DNA of 64,000 nucleotides from a virus. Lineage: Duplodnaviria; Caudoviricetes. The translations under genes were made by a program, and so were the position numbers. Location of the stretch: positions 280,581-344,580 of the IMG/VR virus record IMGVR_UViG_3300028048_000039, one strand, 5' to 3'. Shown here one piece after another: positions 28,734-38,478 of the stretch. Every line of letters starts with the position of its first letter. The first letter of the stretch is position 1. Below the pieces are notes generated by a model. It was not told the origin of the DNA. It searched no databases and was given only the letters and a program-made list of their open reading frames with translations.

Positions 28734-30035
28734 ATGTCGTATTTTATTAAGATAGATAATATATGGACAAAAATATTGACTTGCTATAAGAGAGAAAATA
28801 ATGTATGGCTTGAAATAAATCAGGCTGAACTTACTCAATATTTAAATACTAATATTTCCTTTTATGCAGGACATATTAGTGGTGACCATACCCTATCGGT
28901 AGTAGGCGCTACAAATGTCAGTGGAGAGACAAGTTCTTATATTGCATTATATGATGGCCGTTATGACGTTACAAGTGCCGCAATTTGGCTTATCTTAACG
29001 GGTAGTACATATGCAACCATTGGGGAGCATACAGGTATTGTAACAATATTATCATCAGCAACTGCATCTAATGTTTCGATAGGGGCATCTTATCAGGGAT
29101 TAACTGATGTTAAAGACTTAGTTCTTACTTATAAATCAGGAAGTAGTGCCCATACCGACGTGGAAGTTATTGTTGATGAAAGTGGTAACACAGAAACAAC
29201 CACAATTACAGTAATTGAAAATGAAGATGGAAGTTCAAATACAACTTCAACCACAATTATTACCGATGAAAGCGGAAATACCATTGGTTCGCAGAAATCT
29301 GAAACAAATACCAACGCTGATGGCTCTTATAATGGGTCCACTACCAACTATAATGAAAATGGTGAAGCAACTGATACAACCAACGTTACTGGCGATACCC
29401 AAGGAAACGTTGACACTCAGGATATCGTTTACGATGACCAAGGTGTTCCTACGGTAACTGGATATACCATTGATACTTCTAATAATCCTGAAGGAAGTAA
29501 AGACATTACAGGTGACGGAGTTAATACGGGGTTCTATCCGTTTGATGGCGGAGACGGATTTGAACTACACATTAAGTTTAGGTCAGCAAAGTTAGAACAG
29601 CCAAATCCACCACTTGTTGAGGATACAGAAGATAAAGGTAGCAACTATCACTTTACTATCTTGTGTTCCAAAGACCCACGTTCTCCTTATCCAGGATTCC
29701 ACATACGGTGGACACTTTCTAAAACCAACTACAATTCAGGAAACCTTGTTTTTGGATACAGAGGAAGAACGGGAAGTTCAACAAACAGAAGTCTTGCACT
29801 ATCCAAGCATGACAATTTGTACGAATACCGTATTGTCTATGACCCTGAATTGAAGAAGTATCCTAGTAAGTTTAGGTGTGAAGACCTTCTAAACGGTGCT
29901 GCTACAATTTCGTTGAATATCGACTTTAATCCACTCAACTACGGACTTACCTTAGGTTACAACATTAACATGTCTGGAGAGCCTTACAGATATTCTAATG
30001 TAGATATTCTTGAATTTAGTGTTACAAAACTATAG
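28734..30035 (+). CDS. Putative fibre/adhesin with Ig-like and Thr-rich beta-hairpin segments
   Basis: ATG at 28734; W....G..YATI...TG.VT Ig-like segment; T/N/D-rich repeats; beta-rich C-terminus. Confidence 0.6.
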   Translation: MSYFIKIDNIWTKILTCYKRENNVWLEINQAELTQYLNTNISFYAGHISGDHTLSVVGATNVSGETSSYIALYDGRYDVTSAAIWLILTGSTYATIGEHTGIVTILSSATASNVSIGASYQGLTDVKDLVLTYKSGSSAHTDVEVIVDESGNTETTTITVIENEDGSSNTTSTTIITDESGNTIGSQKSETNTNADGSYNGSTTNYNENGEATDTTNVTGDTQGNVDTQDIVYDDQGVPTVTGYTIDTSNNPEGSKDITGDGVNTGFYPFDGGDGFELHIKFRSAKLEQPNPPLVEDTEDKGSNYHFTILCSKDPRSPYPGFHIRWTLSKTNYNSGNLVFGYRGRTGSSTNRSLALSKHDNLYEYRIVYDPELKKYPSKFRCEDLLNGAATISLNIDFNPLNYGLTLGYNINMSGEPYRYSNVDILEFSVTKL

Positions 30036-30139
30036 CAAAAATTTTCCCATTTTTGGCGATTGTTTATGCAATAAAATTCTCGAATTTGAAGTACATAAAT
30101 TGTATTTTTTTTACTATTTATAAGAAAAAGAGGACTGTT

Positions 30140-30484
30140 ATGAAAAAATTCGTTTTACTTTTATTTTTTGCCTCAATAGTAGGTAGCTGTTGTTTATTCC
30201 GTCATGGTCATAAAGACAAAGATGGAGTAATCTCTGGTGCTAGTATGAGGACAGAGTTCTCATTTGAGGCTACTATGCAGCAAGTTGACTCTGTATGCAT
30301 AGCTGATACACTTCCGACACTTAATAAGTGGCTTTCAAGAAAGTTTGAAGACTTTGAAACCGGGTTCATTAATGAAAAACTCATGTATATCAAAGTTTTG
30401 AATAATAAGAAAGAGGTAATCTACATTCTTCTCATTGATAAAGAAGAACCTTACCCATTTGAGAAAAGAGTTGCGGAGAAATAG
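30140..30484 (+). CDS. Putative lipoprotein
   Basis: MKKFVLLLFFASIVGS-C lipobox; CTATTTAT at 30114. Confidence 0.7.
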   Translation: MKKFVLLLFFASIVGSCCLFRHGHKDKDGVISGASMRTEFSFEATMQQVDSVCIADTLPTLNKWLSRKFEDFETGFINEKLMYIKVLNNKKEVIYILLIDKEEPYPFEKRVAEK

Positions 30485-30486
30485 TT

Positions 30487-31116
30487 ATGAGAAAGAAGAA
30501 TTTAGTCTTAGGTTGTACACCATCAGTCCTCGATGGAACAGAATATCACTTTACAGGTGACTCACAGCAGGAATTACCAACAAATTATTCTTATAGAGAA
30601 TATCTTCCACCAATACTCAATCAGGGTGAACAGTCAATTTGCGTTCCATGTTCAGTTTCTGCATATCTTAATTGGAAGGAAAACCTCAAGGATGGGTCAA
30701 CAAAGGATAATAAAGTTGCCTTAATGGACATTTATAACAGTAGGCCTAATAATACCAATGGTATGACCTTTAAGGATGCTCTCAATTTTCTTAGACATAA
30801 GGGAGTAAAGAGCAAGGCTGGTAAATTAATGATAGATACTTATTCACTTGTTCATAGAGTTAGGGACCTTCAGTATGCAATTGTAATGAATGGCCCTTGT
30901 CTTGGTGCTCTCCCAGTATGGTCCAATACCGATGATTTCTGGAAGGATGATAATGCTAATAATTTTTATGGTTATCACGCAATTTCCATTGTAGGTTATG
31001 ATGAAGAAGGCTTCATTATTAGGAATTCCTGGGGAAAAAGTTATGGTGATGGTGGTTATTATAAGGTGCCATACTCTGACTTCCTTAAATTTGTGGAAAT
31101 TTGGACAATAGTTTAA
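30487..31116 (+). CDS. Papain-like C1 cysteine peptidase
   Basis: NQG..SIC, HAISIVGYD, IRNSWG..YGDGGY. Confidence 0.9.
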   Translation: MRKKNLVLGCTPSVLDGTEYHFTGDSQQELPTNYSYREYLPPILNQGEQSICVPCSVSAYLNWKENLKDGSTKDNKVALMDIYNSRPNNTNGMTFKDALNFLRHKGVKSKAGKLMIDTYSLVHRVRDLQYAIVMNGPCLGALPVWSNTDDFWKDDNANNFYGYHAISIVGYDEEGFIIRNSWGKSYGDGGYYKVPYSDFLKFVEIWTIV

Positions 31117-31176
31117 GTAAATCATTGATTTTTTAACAATTTTTCGTTATTTTCTCTTAAAAGAAGTTTAAGAGAT

Positions 31177-32094
31177 ATGAAAACTATTTTAGTTACTGGA
31201 GGAGATGGCCAGTTAGGACTTACATTATTTGAACAATCAGTGCTTTTAGGCAAACCTGAGGATAATTATGTCTTTCTTGGACATAAAGACCTTGATATTA
31301 CCAGTAAAAAGTCAATAGAGGAAGCATTTAAGAAGTATAAACCAGACATTGTAATCAATTGTGCTGCATTTACCAATGTAGAGAGTGCTGAAACAAAGAA
31401 AAAAGAGGCATATAATATTAATAGCACGGCAGTTGAAAATTTAAAGAAGGCATGTAAGAAGCATAATGCCTTTCTTTTCCATTTTTCAACTGATTATGTT
31501 TATGACGGTACAAAGAATACCCCATACACAGAGGAAGATGATGTAAATCCATTAAATATCTACGGTTCTTCTAAACTTCTTGGTGATATGATGCTCTTAG
31601 GTAATGAAAACGTCATAATATTTAGAGTTTCATGGCTATATTCCAATTATGGTAACAATTTCTTCAAGAAAGTTATGGAATTTGTCAAAGAAGGCAAGCA
31701 AATGAGTGTGGTTATCGACCAAATTGGTACCCCTACTTACGCTAGAGACCTTGCAAATACCATTATATTCATAATAAATGATGAAAAATATATTGGTAAG
31801 TCAGGAATATATAATTTTTCAGAAGAGGGAACGTGTTCTTGGTATGACTTTGCAAAGGCGATAGAACTACTTGCAAGAGAACATCAGTATGGTCCATTAA
31901 ATAATAGTATTTTTAACCCATTTATCATTCCTTGCAAAACTGCAAGCAGAAAAGATAAAGCAAAACGTCCAAGTTATAGCGTTTTAGACAAAAGTAAGTT
32001 TTATGAAGACTTTCATTTTTTAAAAAGGCCGCATTGGCTTGAGGCACTTAATATATGTATGAATATTGAGCTGTCAAAAATGGTATTAAATTAG
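31177..32094 (+). CDS. rmlD: dTDP-4-dehydrorhamnose reductase
   Basis: TGGDGQLG, INCAAFTNV, STDYVYDG, PLNIYGSSK, DQIGTPTYA, RPSYSVLD. Confidence 0.92.
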   Translation: MKTILVTGGDGQLGLTLFEQSVLLGKPEDNYVFLGHKDLDITSKKSIEEAFKKYKPDIVINCAAFTNVESAETKKKEAYNINSTAVENLKKACKKHNAFLFHFSTDYVYDGTKNTPYTEEDDVNPLNIYGSSKLLGDMMLLGNENVIIFRVSWLYSNYGNNFFKKVMEFVKEGKQMSVVIDQIGTPTYARDLANTIIFIINDEKYIGKSGIYNFSEEGTCSWYDFAKAIELLAREHQYGPLNNSIFNPFIIPCKTASRKDKAKRPSYSVLDKSKFYEDFHFLKRPHWLEALNICMNIELSKMVLN

Positions 32095-33737
32095 GGTGTC
32101 CAAACATATTTTATAAGTCCACAGTCATATATTTTAACATAACCGAGACTATTAGTCATTTCAGTTTCTGTCATAGTTAATGGTAGTCCATACTTTTTAT
32201 GGAGTGTCTGTTTTCTAAAGCCGAATTTATGTTGTCTTTTAGCTCCATCATAAGGGCTATAATATCTATATTCTGCCGGCGTATAGCCACAAAACTTAAA
32301 ACCTATTTTAGTATATAGATTATCACTTTCATTTATTGTCCATCTTCTGTCAGCGAATGATTTTACTTCGCTTGGGGCATATTCTTTTGTGAAAAACTTA
32401 AATATTTTTCCACCAATTCCTTGACAAACGACATTATTTTTACTTGCAAACCTTGTAAGTTCCCACTTATCTTCGCCGTCTTTTTTAAAAGTCATTACTG
32501 CAACGAGTTCTTCAGAAGAAAATGCTCCAAGATATATGCTTGAGCCAACAAATCCTTGTATGTGATTTTTTTCAAGAAATACTTTTGCTGTTTCTTTATC
32601 TATTTTCTTGACGATGCATTTTCTTGCCATTATTTTCTCTGCATTTTCATATTTTTTTAGAATATGCCTTATTTTTGATAGCACGACATCTTTTGCATTT
32701 ATATATTCATCTTCGAAAATCTGTAACAGCCCAATTCCCCTTTCCTTACATTTTTCTGTTTTTGATAAGTGGTAGTTTTTGTCTTTATTATGCCAATAAA
32801 GGCCATTATATTCAATGGCAACATTGAGAGATGGAATAAATATGTCAAGCTCTTTTCCATCTAAGACATTTCTATCGTGTTCTATAACATTTTCTTCCCC
32901 TATAAGCGTCTTGACATAGTTAAGTATCTCTATTTCATTCTTTGAGAATGGCTGAGTACATTTTGGACAGCCATTTCCTTGAAGATGCTTATCTGGCGTC
33001 TGCCAAAATTCTCCATGCTTAGGGCAAATTATACAAACCTTATTTTTGGCAGTGACATATTTCACTTTTGAGTAGTCATATTTATCACCATGTATCTCCT
33101 TAGCACGTTTTAAAAAATCAATATTTGTTAATCTTCTACTTTTTGCGTTAATTTCTTTTGCACACTTTGGACACAATGTACCATTAATATGAATGTATGG
33201 GTTTTGCCGAAATTCACCATGTTCAGGACAGATAATTTTTACTTTTTTATTCATCCCGTTATATGTGGTTTCAGAATAGTCATATTTATCGCCATGTACT
33301 TCTTTTGCTGCTGCAATAAAAGTTTGTGTTGTGTATTTTTGTGGCCTTTTAATAGATTTAGAACAACTAGGACAACCTTTTCCCTTCAAATGGTTATGCG
33401 GGTCTTGCCAAAATTCACCATGTTCAGGACAAATTATGCATACTTTGGTGGTATTGTTAATATACTTCACTTTTGAATAGTCATACTTGTTGCCATGTAC
33501 TTTAATGGCATCAGAAATAAAGCGCTCTAGGTCTTTTTTCTTATTCCCGTAGCAATCTGGACACCCCTGCCCAGCAAGGTGCTTATCTGGCGTCTGCCAA
33601 AATTCTCCATGCTCAGGACAGATGATACATACTTTTGTCTTATTACTAATATAATTTACTTTTGAATAGTCGTATTTATTTCCGTGAATTTGCCTTGCTT
33701 CATTTTTAAATTCTTCAGTTGTCTTTTTTTTACTCAT
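32091..33737 (-). CDS. Zinc-ribbon-repeat endonuclease fused to a GNAT/Mom-like domain (putative homing endonuclease)
   Basis: 4x CP(E/K)HGEF repeats; ELDIFIP..AIEYNGLYWH; C-terminal NHIQG, ELTRFAS, SFADRRW, YDCG; CTATTTAT at 33781-33788. Confidence 0.8.
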   Translation of the reverse strand: MSKKKTTEEFKNEARQIHGNKYDYSKVNYISNKTKVCIICPEHGEFWQTPDKHLAGQGCPDCYGNKKKDLERFISDAIKVHGNKYDYSKVKYINNTTKVCIICPEHGEFWQDPHNHLKGKGCPSCSKSIKRPQKYTTQTFIAAAKEVHGDKYDYSETTYNGMNKKVKIICPEHGEFRQNPYIHINGTLCPKCAKEINAKSRRLTNIDFLKRAKEIHGDKYDYSKVKYVTAKNKVCIICPKHGEFWQTPDKHLQGNGCPKCTQPFSKNEIEILNYVKTLIGEENVIEHDRNVLDGKELDIFIPSLNVAIEYNGLYWHNKDKNYHLSKTEKCKERGIGLLQIFEDEYINAKDVVLSKIRHILKKYENAEKIMARKCIVKKIDKETAKVFLEKNHIQGFVGSSIYLGAFSSEELVAVMTFKKDGEDKWELTRFASKNNVVCQGIGGKIFKFFTKEYAPSEVKSFADRRWTINESDNLYTKIGFKFCGYTPAEYRYYSPYDGAKRQHKFGFRKQTLHKKYGLPLTMTETEMTNSLGYVKIYDCGLIKYVWTP

Positions 33738-33804
33738 ATAACAGTTCTTTTAGGGTCTGATATTTTTTATAAATATACAAATAAATAGAAAGAAAAACAA
33801 AAAA

Positions 33805-33828
33805 AACGTGCATAAATTTATGCACGTT
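33805..33828 (-). terminator. Terminator after the tail tube gene
   Basis: Perfect 24-bp palindrome AACGTGCATAAATTTATGCACGTT with a T tract on the minus strand. Confidence 0.75.
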
Positions 33829-33851
33829 CTCTTTTTCAGATAAATTGTAGA

Positions 33852-34340
33852 TTAGTAGCAAAGTATGCAATAATCTGGACGGAGTGTAACTGCGATTGTA
33901 GCAATATCATCCTGGCTATAACTCAAATCATTGAAGTTAATGTTGGTAATGAAGCAACCCTTAAGAAGCCACTTCTGTACAACAGCACCTGTTGGGTCAA
34001 GAAGGTCCAACTCAACATCGCGTTTGTAACCTGCAGCATAACCCTGACGTCCAGTAACTGTTTCTGAACCAAGTCTAACCCACTCCATCAATGCCTGAGA
34101 TGTTGAAGGTCCGATTGGGTCACGGAAAGTTAACTGCATTTCCTGCCAAGTATATCTACCAAGAACCCATGTTGAGGTGTTCAAGAACTGAATTTCAGTT
34201 GCGTTCTGGTTCAAGTTTGGACGAGCACCAGATTCAACGGTCCACTCCTGAATACCGAGGTCTGAAGGAAAACGGAAGATAAATCTATTTTTCCTTAAGG
34301 GTTCTATCTGATTCGGCATTTTAAGTAATAAATCACTCAT
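33852..34340 (-). CDS. Tail tube protein (gp19-like)
   Basis: EPLRKNRF, GRYTW, YKRDV.L.LLDPTG.VV.KW.L.G, LSYS; CTATTTAT at 34372-34379. Confidence 0.88.
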   Translation of the reverse strand: MSDLLLKMPNQIEPLRKNRFIFRFPSDLGIQEWTVESGARPNLNQNATEIQFLNTSTWVLGRYTWQEMQLTFRDPIGPSTSQALMEWVRLGSETVTGRQGYAAGYKRDVELDLLDPTGAVVQKWLLKGCFITNINFNDLSYSQDDIATIAVTLRPDYCILCY

Positions 34341-34403
34341 ATACGTATATTATTTAATCGATTATTTTATAATAAATAGTGTTATTTTATTTTTTTAGTT
34401 TTG

Positions 34404-35156
34404 TTACAATAATTTAATATTAAAGTACAAAAGGTGGTCTGAGTGCTTGTTGAGGTCATAATAATCATCAAGCATACCTTGTATTTCTTTATCAGCCTCT
34501 TCTCTGCTTACTTTTCCGCCATCTTCTCTTGAAACACATATTTTAGCATTGAAACATGCCTCTTCAACTTCCTCATCATCGTACTCATCATTGTAATCTG
34601 GGTCTATAGTGCTCATTGGTGTTGATGCTGCAGCCTTAGCGGCCTCTCTTGCCCTGTCAGCCATTGTATTGATATCATCAATATTGGCATCTTCTTTTAA
34701 GGTTTTTTTTCTTGACTTCTTGGTCTTTCTTCCTTCATAAACGCCGTCTTTTCCGTACATTAATTTTGCCTTATATGTGCGCAATGTTTCGGTTGCCATG
34801 GCGATAGGCCCCTCATGAGCATCAAGTGCTTCAAGCTTCTCAAGGTCCTTATCAAGTTTATAGTGTTCCCATGCGTCTATGTTTCCTGGTTTTACGATGT
34901 CGTTATAGACATTGTTAAGATAAAGTGCAACGTCTCGGTCACTAGCAGTTCCGTCTAATGTCTTTTTTCTTGCTTCTTCCACTTCAGGAATTCCAGCAGG
35001 AACGTAATCTGGGTCAGCTTCATCATCACCATCTTCTTTATCCATGAAGAAATATTCGTTAAGTTTTAACCCACTATCTTCTTTCAACACTCTCTTTACG
35101 CTTTCAGCAACAATTTTCCTGAGAGTGGCCTCGTTTATTTTAACTCTCTTTTTCAT
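34404..35156 (-). CDS. Acidic protein with leader motif
   Basis: MKKRVKINEATLRKIVAESVKRVLKE; internal TLKE. Confidence 0.75.
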   Translation of the reverse strand: MKKRVKINEATLRKIVAESVKRVLKEDSGLKLNEYFFMDKEDGDDEADPDYVPAGIPEVEEARKKTLDGTASDRDVALYLNNVYNDIVKPGNIDAWEHYKLDKDLEKLEALDAHEGPIAMATETLRTYKAKLMYGKDGVYEGRKTKKSRKKTLKEDANIDDINTMADRAREAAKAAASTPMSTIDPDYNDEYDDEEVEEACFNAKICVSREDGGKVSREEADKEIQGMLDDYYDLNKHSDHLLYFNIKLL

Positions 35157-35158
35157 AA

Positions 35159-35527
35159 TTATTTCATTTGCTGTGGATTATTCTTTTCTTGCTCTGGCTT
35201 ACGGTCTGTCATGCTCCACACTTTCTTAAGCATAATGTAGTTTTCGTCCTCAGGTGTGTCAGCTAATTCAGCCATTGCTCTCAATGACATCTTTCTAATA
35301 TCATCAATAAGTTTCCTTGCTTTCTCACTAGCATTTCCGTTTCCAGTTTCAGGTTCCACTTCCGTGGTTTCCATTGGTTCCTCGTGCTCATCACTAGGCA
35401 TAAGGTCCTCATCTCTCTCTTCATAAGGTTCATCATTGAAGTGAAGTGCCTCGTTAATAGTCTTAGGCATCTTCTTTGATAACTTCCTTATAGCAGAAAC
35501 GTTCTCTTTTAATGTATGTTTTTTCAT
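35159..35527 (-). CDS. Hypothetical protein with LKE/INE sites
   Basis: MKKHTLKENV...TINEAL; CTATTTAT at 35547-35554. Confidence 0.75.
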   Translation of the reverse strand: MKKHTLKENVSAIRKLSKKMPKTINEALHFNDEPYEERDEDLMPSDEHEEPMETTEVEPETGNGNASEKARKLIDDIRKMSLRAMAELADTPEDENYIMLKKVWSMTDRKPEQEKNNPQQMK

Positions 35528-35658
35528 AGTACTGCAATATTTTTATATAAATAGTTATAAAAATCGTTTTTTCTTGACAAAAAACCAATAGTTTCTTATA
35601 TTTTTAGAAAATGTCGACTGACATATTTATTTTTGAATAAGATTTAATATAATTAGAT

Positions 35659-36297
35659 ATGGTTGAAGAAAAAAAGTGTATTGAAAACGAAAAGAAAAAG
35701 CGTAACATTGAGGCAACAATTAAAATGATTGATAAAACCCTCTCAGAAATGAGGGAACGCCAAAAAAATGGAACCACAAGTGACATGGCAATTAAGATTG
35801 TTGAGGATGAAAAGAAACAATTAGAAATGGAACTCTCCGTACTTGAATCACCGATAAATGATTGTGAACAACGTAGTGAGTACCCAGAAACTAAGTCTAA
35901 CAGCCCTAAGGCTTATGTAATTAACAAGGAATACCTCCCAAAAGTAGATGACATTACCCTTAAGTATGAACCAATATTTTCAAATATGTTCTATTTTAAG
36001 TATGAGGACGTTCCGGAATATTTTGTTAAGGAAGCTAGGGTAGTTGATGACAAGCATGAACTCATTGTTACATATAATGAGGCAGTTGAGTTCGACGCAT
36101 TCAATTATTTTTTAAATTTAAAGCGACTTAATAAGGAAGGAACAGCAACATTAGAAAAACTAAACAGGGAAGGTAAAGTTGTTAGGGCAGATAAGTGGAA
36201 TTGTGTTGTATCTAAGGTCTTCCCGGCAATTCATTCTTATGCCAAGGAAGATGTATTAACGACAACCATTCTTTTTAAGATAAAAAATAGACTATAA
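35659..36297 (+). CDS. Coiled-coil plus divergent tail-tube-like domain
   Basis: C-terminal half aligns by eye with 33852-34340 (YEPIFSNMF, LNREGKVV, SYAKEDV). Confidence 0.65.
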   Translation: MVEEKKCIENEKKKRNIEATIKMIDKTLSEMRERQKNGTTSDMAIKIVEDEKKQLEMELSVLESPINDCEQRSEYPETKSNSPKAYVINKEYLPKVDDITLKYEPIFSNMFYFKYEDVPEYFVKEARVVDDKHELIVTYNEAVEFDAFNYFLNLKRLNKEGTATLEKLNREGKVVRADKWNCVVSKVFPAIHSYAKEDVLTTTILFKIKNRL

Positions 36298-36818
36298 TGG
36301 CATTACAACCAATAAAGAAAAGCGGACCTTATCAAAAACCAAGGTCCAAGACAGTAAAAAAGAGAAAAACGACAGCCCAACCTTCAAAGAAGAAGACAAC
36401 AACTAAGAAAACCACTAGGTCACACCCTAAATATGGAACTTCAAAGCTGGAAAAGAGATTTGAAAATGACTTTTTAAAGAAGTTGGGCGTGAAGTATGAA
36501 AGACAATTTTATGCACCAGACATTAAACGATATTATGACTTTTATCTTCCTGAGAAGAACGTTATAATTGAGGTTGATGGAACATATTACCACTCCTTTG
36601 GGCTAGTTTATGAGCAAATGAGTCCAATGCAAAAGAGAAATCATCGTGTTGATGAAATAAAGAACGAGTGGGCAGCAATGCATGGCTATGCGTTGTTAAG
36701 GATTTGGGAGCATGACATTAATAATAACCCAGTTAAGGTTATGGAAATGCTCAAGGAATTCTTGGGTGTGCAGGAAAAGAAAAATTTAATAAAGGAAAAT
36801 AAGAAAAAAAGACATTAA
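36297..36818 (+). CDS. DUF559/Vsr-like endonuclease with Lys-rich N-tail
   Basis: TSKLE, YYDFYLP, IIEVDGTYYH, D..KN..A...GY.LLRIWE.DI. Confidence 0.8.
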   Translation: MALQPIKKSGPYQKPRSKTVKKRKTTAQPSKKKTTTKKTTRSHPKYGTSKLEKRFENDFLKKLGVKYERQFYAPDIKRYYDFYLPEKNVIIEVDGTYYHSFGLVYEQMSPMQKRNHRVDEIKNEWAAMHGYALLRIWEHDINNNPVKVMEMLKEFLGVQEKKNLIKENKKKRH

Positions 36819-36829
36819 TAGAGAGAGAT

Positions 36830-38158
36830 ATGCCAGAAAGAAATGAAAAAATGCTCAAACAGCTAAAGAGCAATTATGAAATGTACGAGAGGACAAAGAA
36901 GGAAACGGAGAAGAATATGCGTCGTGCCGAAAATCCTGATGGTACAAAGAGATTTACCGAGGAAAAGATTAAGGAAAATCTTGCCCTTATTTCTGAAGCT
37001 GAAAAAGATATAATTGAACAGTTTAAGAACTTCGGAGGTACAATGGAAGAACTAACCGGGAAGCAACAGGAAGTGAGGATTGAGATTACCCCTAATAGAG
37101 TTGAACCAACACCAGCCATAAAGAAGGAAGACATTGACAATGAAACACTCATGAAGGCGAAGGCTTCACTTGAGGAAGCTGAACGTCAGCGCAAGGAGAT
37201 AATCGAGTCACAGGAGAGTGCAACCGCAACAAGATTGGAGCAGACTTATATTCCGCCAAAGGACACTTATAGCCGTGAGGAAGCATTTGACGTAATTCCA
37301 CTCCCTTCAAAGGGTGAGGCTTATAAGGAGAAAATTGCAAAGGTATCAGTTGCATACCTTACTGCTTATGATGAAAACATGATTGTTTCTCCAAACCTTT
37401 ATCGTGATAATCTCATTCTTGACTATATTATCAATGAAAAGCTTCTTAGCAAGGAAATAGACCCAATGGACCTTCTTGAGGGTGACAGGGAAGCTATCTT
37501 GTTATTCCTTAGGGCTACTGGTTATGGTAATGAATATCCAATTACAGCAACCGATGCTGCAACTGGAAAGGATTTTGACACGATAATTGACCTTTCAAAG
37601 CTGGAATATAAAGATTTTAAACTTAAGGGTGACAGTAATGGTTGGTTCCCATTCACACTTCCAGTAAGTAAGAAAGAGATTAAATTTAGGTTTCCAACAC
37701 ATAGAGATACCGTACTCTTGGAGAAGATGCAGGAAGCTGAGGAACCAAGAATTATGAAGGAAACAATAAGTAACTATGTTGAAACACTTGATAAGTACAT
37801 CGATGATGAAAAGGAACTTCCGAAGGACCAAAAGGCGAAGGTTCGCCAGGCAATTGCCACAATTACCAAGTGGGGTGAAGATATGCCATCAGAGAATTCA
37901 CTTAAATTCAACCATGCATTGACTAATAGACTTAACCTCTTGATTATGGCAGTTGATGGTATTACCGATAAGAAGTACATCGCAGACTTTGTTAGGACAA
38001 TGAATGTTAGAGATTCTTCTGCGTTGAGGAAGTATATGACACAAAATGAGCCAGGTGTTAATTATAACATTACAATCAATAGACCTGAGGAGTTGGGAGG
38101 TGGCTCCATGACTACGTTTCTGCAATTTGACAAATTTCTATTTCTTAATATCACCTAG
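36830..38158 (+). CDS. Baseplate hub / tail assembly chaperone (gp26-like)
   Basis: LPSKG..Y, LTA.DE, LL.GDR.AIL.FLR..GYG..Y, M...DS..LRKY....EPG; directly upstream of the tape measure gene. Confidence 0.75.
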   Translation: MPERNEKMLKQLKSNYEMYERTKKETEKNMRRAENPDGTKRFTEEKIKENLALISEAEKDIIEQFKNFGGTMEELTGKQQEVRIEITPNRVEPTPAIKKEDIDNETLMKAKASLEEAERQRKEIIESQESATATRLEQTYIPPKDTYSREEAFDVIPLPSKGEAYKEKIAKVSVAYLTAYDENMIVSPNLYRDNLILDYIINEKLLSKEIDPMDLLEGDREAILLFLRATGYGNEYPITATDAATGKDFDTIIDLSKLEYKDFKLKGDSNGWFPFTLPVSKKEIKFRFPTHRDTVLLEKMQEAEEPRIMKETISNYVETLDKYIDDEKELPKDQKAKVRQAIATITKWGEDMPSENSLKFNHALTNRLNLLIMAVDGITDKKYIADFVRTMNVRDSSALRKYMTQNEPGVNYNITINRPEELGGGSMTTFLQFDKFLFLNIT

Positions 38159-38408
38159 TGAATATGAAAAGAACCTTAGGGATGAGATTTATGGCTGTAT
38201 GAAGCACATTGGAATGTCCTATGACATGATAATGAAGCTGCCAATTCAGGACCGAAAGGCAATAATTCACAAGCATAACTTAGAGCAGGAACAGATTGAT
38301 GCCAGAATTCATGATAATGGCCAGTCTTCAACTGAAAGACACTATGAAGGAGAACAACTTAACGATTTCGCAAGACTTGAACAAATGCGAAGAAAAAATG
38401 GGGGCTAA
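38127..38408 (+). CDS. gp51-like chaperone extension, probably expressed by frameshift
   Basis: +1 frame overlapping the end of the upstream gene; L.DEIY...KH..SY..IMKLPI.DRK; first ATG lies inside the conserved part. Confidence 0.55.
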   Translation: MTNFYFLISPSEYEKNLRDEIYGCMKHIGMSYDMIMKLPIQDRKAIIHKHNLEQEQIDARIHDNGQSSTERHYEGEQLNDFARLEQMRRKNGG

Positions 38409-38420
38409 GCCTCCATTTTT
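38394..38420 (+). terminator. Intrinsic terminator
   Basis: AAAAATGGGGGC-TAA-GCCTCCATTTTT. Confidence 0.7.
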
Positions 38421-38478
38421 CTTTTTAGAAAAATCACATAATACTATTTATTTGTGATAAAATGCTTAAACGTTAAAT

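Noticed and set aside
28648-28734. Read-through fusion of the collagen protein with the next fibre gene
   Set aside because: The two ORFs are in different frames, are 83 nt apart, and the second has its own ATG.
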